NCBI GenBank assembly: GCA_963843145.1
Contig: CAWJJC010000028.1
Coordinates: 704,001-768,000, forward strand
Direction of reading: 5' to 3'
From: an uncultured delta proteobacterium
GTDB taxonomy: Bacteria; Desulfobacterota; RBG-13-43-22
DNA length: 64,000 nt
Shown here one piece after another: positions 60,524 to 64,000 of this stretch. Numbering within the stretch: the first letter of the stretch is position 1; every line of letters begins with the position of its first letter. Both the position numbers and the translations under genes were made by a program. Under the pieces are notes generated by a model. That model was given only the letters and a program-made list of their open reading frames with translations. It had not been told where the DNA came from and ran no database searches.

Positions 60524-60733
60524 TCATGTCCCTTCCGCGGCCGTGGACCCAGGACCGCCTAACGGGCGAAAATTCTTCTTCGTGGCTCCGCAGATCGGGC
60601 AGCGCCACTCCTCGGGAAGTTCGGCAAAACAAACCCCCTTAGGGATTTTGAATTTTCGATCTCCCCGGTCCGGATCATAGATGCACCCGCAATTGGCGCT
60701 TTGGCACTGGTACATCTCTTCAGGCTTAGCCAT
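60524..60733 (-). CDS. Rubredoxin variant (Cx4C...CPxC)
   Basis: YQCQSANCGCIYDP..GD...F.ELP..W.CPICGA.K..F; GAGGAGG RBS. Confidence 0.88.
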   Translation of the reverse strand: MAKPEEMYQCQSANCGCIYDPDRGDRKFKIPKGVCFAELPEEWRCPICGATKKNFRPLGGPGSTAAEGT

Positions 60734-60804
60734 ATAGACCTCCTCTAGACAAGGACCCAAAAATTCGAGTTTCCGGCCAAGAATCAAAAAATTCTTAGCC
60801 GGCT

Positions 60805-61299
60805 TTAGCTGACCTTAAAAAAGGCCTTGGCTTTGGCCCCGCAGATCGGGCAGGTTTCCGGGGGTTCGTTTTCCACGGTATTGCCGCAGACGGAGCAGAC
60901 GTAATAATCCACCGCCGCCAGTTCTCCCATTTTTTCCGCGGCCTGCTGATAGAGTTTGGCATGGATCTGCTCCACGGCGTTGGCGTAGGCGAAACTCCGC
61001 AAGGCGGCTTTATGTCCCTCGGCCTCGGCGTCCACAATCATGGCCGGATACATGCTCTTGAACTCGTGGGTCTCTCCGGCAATGGCCTCTCGCAGATGGT
61101 CCGCTGTATTCCCGATCTTTCCGGCCGCCCGAAGATGGGCGTGGGCATGAACGGTCTCGGCTTCGGCCGCGGCCCGAAAAAGCTTGGCGATTTGAGAAAA
61201 GCCTTCGGCCTCGGCCTGCTTGGCAAAGGCCAGGTATTTTCGATTGGCCTGGGATTCCCCGGCGAAGGCCTCCATCAAATTGGTTTCTGTTTTGGACAT
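60805..61299 (-). CDS. rbr: Rubrerythrin
   Basis: AFAGESQA..KY, E..HA, GE..E, E..H, C-terminal CSVCG...CPICGA. Confidence 0.93.
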   Translation of the reverse strand: MSKTETNLMEAFAGESQANRKYLAFAKQAEAEGFSQIAKLFRAAAEAETVHAHAHLRAAGKIGNTADHLREAIAGETHEFKSMYPAMIVDAEAEGHKAALRSFAYANAVEQIHAKLYQQAAEKMGELAAVDYYVCSVCGNTVENEPPETCPICGAKAKAFFKVS

Positions 61300-61347
61300 A
61301 ACCTACTCCTTTCAGTTCAGTACAATAGTAAAGGCGAACAGTAATTG

Positions 61348-62532
61348 TTATTTATTGAGCGCCTGCCCGATCCGTTGTCCTAATTGAAATGCCGCGGCCA
61401 GCCCCTCCGTATCCGGGACAAACTGAATTTTCAGCCCGCCGTCGACGAGGTCCATCTTCATGGCCTCCAGTTCCTGGTTGATCAGCTTGACGGCTTCCCC
61501 GCTCCAGCCGTAGGAGCCGAAGGCGGCCGCCAGTTTCTTCCGGGGCTTCAGGCCTTTGAGGTAGGTCAGAAAATCGCTGACCGTGGGGTAGAGGCCGTTA
61601 TTGAGCGTCGGAGAACCGATGATCACCGCCCCGGCGTCAAGTATTTCGGTGACGATGTCGCTGCGGTGAAATGACCGGAGGTGCATGGGCCGGGCCTCGA
61701 TGCCCTCCTCGACCAGACCGCTGACGATGGTTTCGGCCATCGCCTGCGTACTGTGCCACATGGAATCATAGACCACAATGGCCTTCTTTTTGGGTTCCTG
61801 CCGGCTCCACTCCACGTAAGCCTGAATGATCTTCAGCGGATCTTTCCGCCAGATGATCCCGTGATCGGGGCAGATGGTCTGAATGTCGAGGTTCATTTGG
61901 GTGACCTTTTCCACCAACTGCAGAATCAAAGGGGCGTAGAGCAGGAGAATATTGGCGAAATATTTTCGGGCGTGGTGCATGATGGCTTCGCCGATCTGGT
62001 CATCAAAACGCTCCGGACCGGCATAATGCTGGCCAAACCCGTCGCTGGAAAAGAGGATTTTATCTTCGGGACAATAGGTAAACATGCTGTCCGGCCAGTG
62101 GACCATTCGGGTTTCCAGGAAGGTCAAATTCCGCCGTCCGAGGTTCAAAGACCCGCCGTTTTCCACGGGCTGGAAATTCCACTTTTCCCGGTAATGGAGG
62201 GGCAGGTTTTTGTGCCCGACCTTGGAACAGAACAGGGGTTTTCCCTCCCCGATTTTATGCATGATCCGGGGCAGACCGCCCGAGTGGTCCGGCTCGGTGT
62301 GGTTGCTGACTACGTAATCCACTTTTTTAGGGTCGATAATCTCGGCAATGTTGGTCAAAAGCTGATCGGCGAATTCTTTTTTGACCGTATCGACCAAGGT
62401 GACTTTTTCATCCAGGATCAAGTAGGCGTTGTAGGTAGTCCCGGCTTCGGTCAGATACCCGTGAAAGTCTCTGAGGTTCCAGTCGACGGCTCCAACCCAA
62501 TAGATATCCTTGGCGATTTGGACGGGTTTCAT
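61348..62532 (-). CDS. fprA: Flavodiiron protein (FprA/rubredoxin:oxygen oxidoreductase type)
   Basis: GTTYNAYL, NHTEPDHSG, HWPDSM, SSDGFGQH, PDHG, flavodoxin domain GSPT.N and FGSYGWSGE. Confidence 0.94.
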   Translation of the reverse strand: MKPVQIAKDIYWVGAVDWNLRDFHGYLTEAGTTYNAYLILDEKVTLVDTVKKEFADQLLTNIAEIIDPKKVDYVVSNHTEPDHSGGLPRIMHKIGEGKPLFCSKVGHKNLPLHYREKWNFQPVENGGSLNLGRRNLTFLETRMVHWPDSMFTYCPEDKILFSSDGFGQHYAGPERFDDQIGEAIMHHARKYFANILLLYAPLILQLVEKVTQMNLDIQTICPDHGIIWRKDPLKIIQAYVEWSRQEPKKKAIVVYDSMWHSTQAMAETIVSGLVEEGIEARPMHLRSFHRSDIVTEILDAGAVIIGSPTLNNGLYPTVSDFLTYLKGLKPRKKLAAAFGSYGWSGEAVKLINQELEAMKMDLVDGGLKIQFVPDTEGLAAAFQLGQRIGQALNK

Positions 62533-63674
62533 TTGTTTCTCCTTGTCTGGTTTTTATCGGGAACAGGCCCGGAGGGGGCTGTCGGCAATTCGCAGGAACT
62601 GATGGGCATGGTAATTTTGGCCACCGCTCCCTTGTCCAGGCCGCTGGCCAGGCTGAAGGAACAACCCGGATGTTCTTCAATAATGCGTTTGGAAACCGAT
62701 AAGCCCAGGCCGGTCCCCTGTTTCTTGGTGGTATAGAAAGGAACAAAGATCTTATCCCGTTCCGGTTCGGGAATGCCGGGGCCCTCATCGGAGACGGTAA
62801 TCTCCACCCGGTCATCCAGACACTGAGCGCGGATGGTCAATTTACCCCCCTGGTTCATGGCCTCCATGCCATTTCGGGACAAATTCAAAATGACTTGCTT
62901 TAATTTATCCTTATCTCCCTCCACCATCACCGGAGCGGAGGGGGCCTCCAAAACCACATCGAGCTGTTTATTCCGGGCTTCCTCGCGGATCAAGTCATGA
63001 ACTTCTTTCAGCAGGCCGGCCATGTCGATAGTTTCCAGGTTCAACGTTTTCGGTCGATAAAGGTCCCGCAGTTCTCCAATCAGGTTTTCCAGACGCTGCA
63101 CTTCAGCGGTGATGATTTGCAGCTTCGATTGGCTTTTGGGGTCCTGGGCCGAACGTAGCAACTGCCGGGCATACCCCCCGATCATCACTAACGGATTTTT
63201 GATCTCATGAGAAACCTCAGCCACCAACTGGCCCAAGGCAGCCAATCGTTCGGACTTCAAAACCTGCTCCTGCAGGGCCTTGGTTTCCGTCAGATCGCGG
63301 ATGATGCCGGTAAAAAAAGTCTTCTCCCCGATATTGGACACCGAAAAGGAAATGGAAAGGGGAAATAGTTCCCCGTTTTTGCGAGCCGTCAGAAATTCCG
63401 ACTGGTGGCCGATAAGCTTCGGCTGCCGGGTGTCCAGATAGCGGGCCACCGCCTTCTTGTGCCCCTGGGAACACTGGGGGGTCAAAATGACCCCCAAGTC
63501 TTTTCCCAGGATTTCCTCTCGGTTGACTCCGAAGATCCGTTCGGCCTCCCGGTTAAAAATGACCACCCGATGATTTTCATCAATGGTGACGAAACCTTCG
63601 TTGGTATTTTCAATGGCCCCTTGGAGAATGGTTAGGGCCTGACTGGGCTCCCGAAAGGGATCGTTTTCCTCCAT
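62529..63674 (-). CDS. Cytoplasmic PAS-domain histidine kinase (FixL-like)
   Basis: FNREAERIFG...H...V.RYL.T....IG...RKNGE.FP PAS; HEIKNPL; QVILNL..N; PFYTTK..GTGLGL. Confidence 0.9.
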   Translation of the reverse strand: MEENDPFREPSQALTILQGAIENTNEGFVTIDENHRVVIFNREAERIFGVNREEILGKDLGVILTPQCSQGHKKAVARYLDTRQPKLIGHQSEFLTARKNGELFPLSISFSVSNIGEKTFFTGIIRDLTETKALQEQVLKSERLAALGQLVAEVSHEIKNPLVMIGGYARQLLRSAQDPKSQSKLQIITAEVQRLENLIGELRDLYRPKTLNLETIDMAGLLKEVHDLIREEARNKQLDVVLEAPSAPVMVEGDKDKLKQVILNLSRNGMEAMNQGGKLTIRAQCLDDRVEITVSDEGPGIPEPERDKIFVPFYTTKKQGTGLGLSVSKRIIEEHPGCSFSLASGLDKGAVAKITMPISSCELPTAPSGPVPDKNQTRRNK

Positions 63675-63708
63675 AACGATTTATGGTCATCCAGAAGGAA
63701 AGGGAGCG

Positions 63709-63867
63709 TTATTCCGCTTCGAACTGATCTTTGGCCGCCCCGCAGACCGGGCAAACCCAGGTATCCGGAAGGTCTTCGAATTTGGTGCCCGGTTTAATAC
63801 CGTTATCCGGGTCACCGGCCGCTGGATCATAGACATACCCGCAAACGCCACAGACGTATCGTTTCAT
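63709..63867 (-). CDS. rub: Rubredoxin (canonical, 52 aa, below the ORF-track cutoff)
   Basis: [52 protein letters not shown]; AAGGAG RBS. Confidence 0.95.
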   Translation of the reverse strand: MKRYVCGVCGYVYDPAAGDPDNGIKPGTKFEDLPDTWVCPVCGAAKDQFEAE

Positions 63868-63881
63868 GTTTTTTTCTCCTT

Positions 63882-64000
63882 TCAGGAAATTACTTCGTAT
63901 CCGGCTTTCTTGATTTTTTCCTTGATCAGATTGGGGTCAACCGGTTTGGTTTCCGTAAAGGTGGCTTCCGCCTTTTCCAGATTGACGGAGACGTCCTCCA
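63882..64000 (-). CDS. Heavy-metal-associated (CopZ-like) protein, C-terminal part
   Basis: [14 protein letters not shown]......VD...[12 protein letters not shown]; truncated by the window edge. Confidence 0.75.
   Translation of the reverse strand, partial: EDVSVNLEKAEATFTETKPVDPNLIKEKIKKAGYEVIS

Overview
A GC-rich chromosomal segment from an anaerobic bacterium. Gene content suggests Desulfobacterota/Deltaproteobacteria-like (inference). From left to right: (1) a sigma54 activator fragment, a large TPR protein and a sigma54-promoter-led HTH/ExeA-ATPase/TPR operon; (2) a Tat-exported sulfite-oxidase-family enzyme and a CLC transporter; (3) a decaying, lower-GC integron cassette array at about 11.97-16.35 kb with six attC-like sites and no integrase in the window. 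It carries HigBA, PIN, nucleotidyltransferase and HEPN-like cassettes plus an ORF-less palindromic cassette, and both copies of a duplicated yhaM 5' end start right at an AAC core; (4) housekeeping genes cobA-hemD, hemC, gmhA, selA and recJ; (5) a ~22 kb minus-strand cluster encoding an unusual complex I: nuoABCDHIJK, two Mrp-type antiporters in place of NuoL, nuoM, nuoN, NuoE, a NuoF-GltD(NADPH) fusion, an FMN-less mini-NuoF and a catalytically empty NuoG/FdhA-like subunit, then a heme-c PAS kinase, a sigma54 regulator and an archaemetzincin; (6) ribF, tRNA-Leu(CAG), an uncharacterised TIM-barrel protein and a SNF2 helicase; (7) a ~310-nt long-stem structured RNA candidate directly behind a sigma70 promoter; (8) an oxidative-stress cluster with Prx, Tpx, rubrerythrin, a flavodiiron protein, two rubredoxins and a FixL-like kinase. 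Several conserved genes carry single +1 frameshifts, probably assembly errors. All calls come from reading the sequence by eye; no searches were run.
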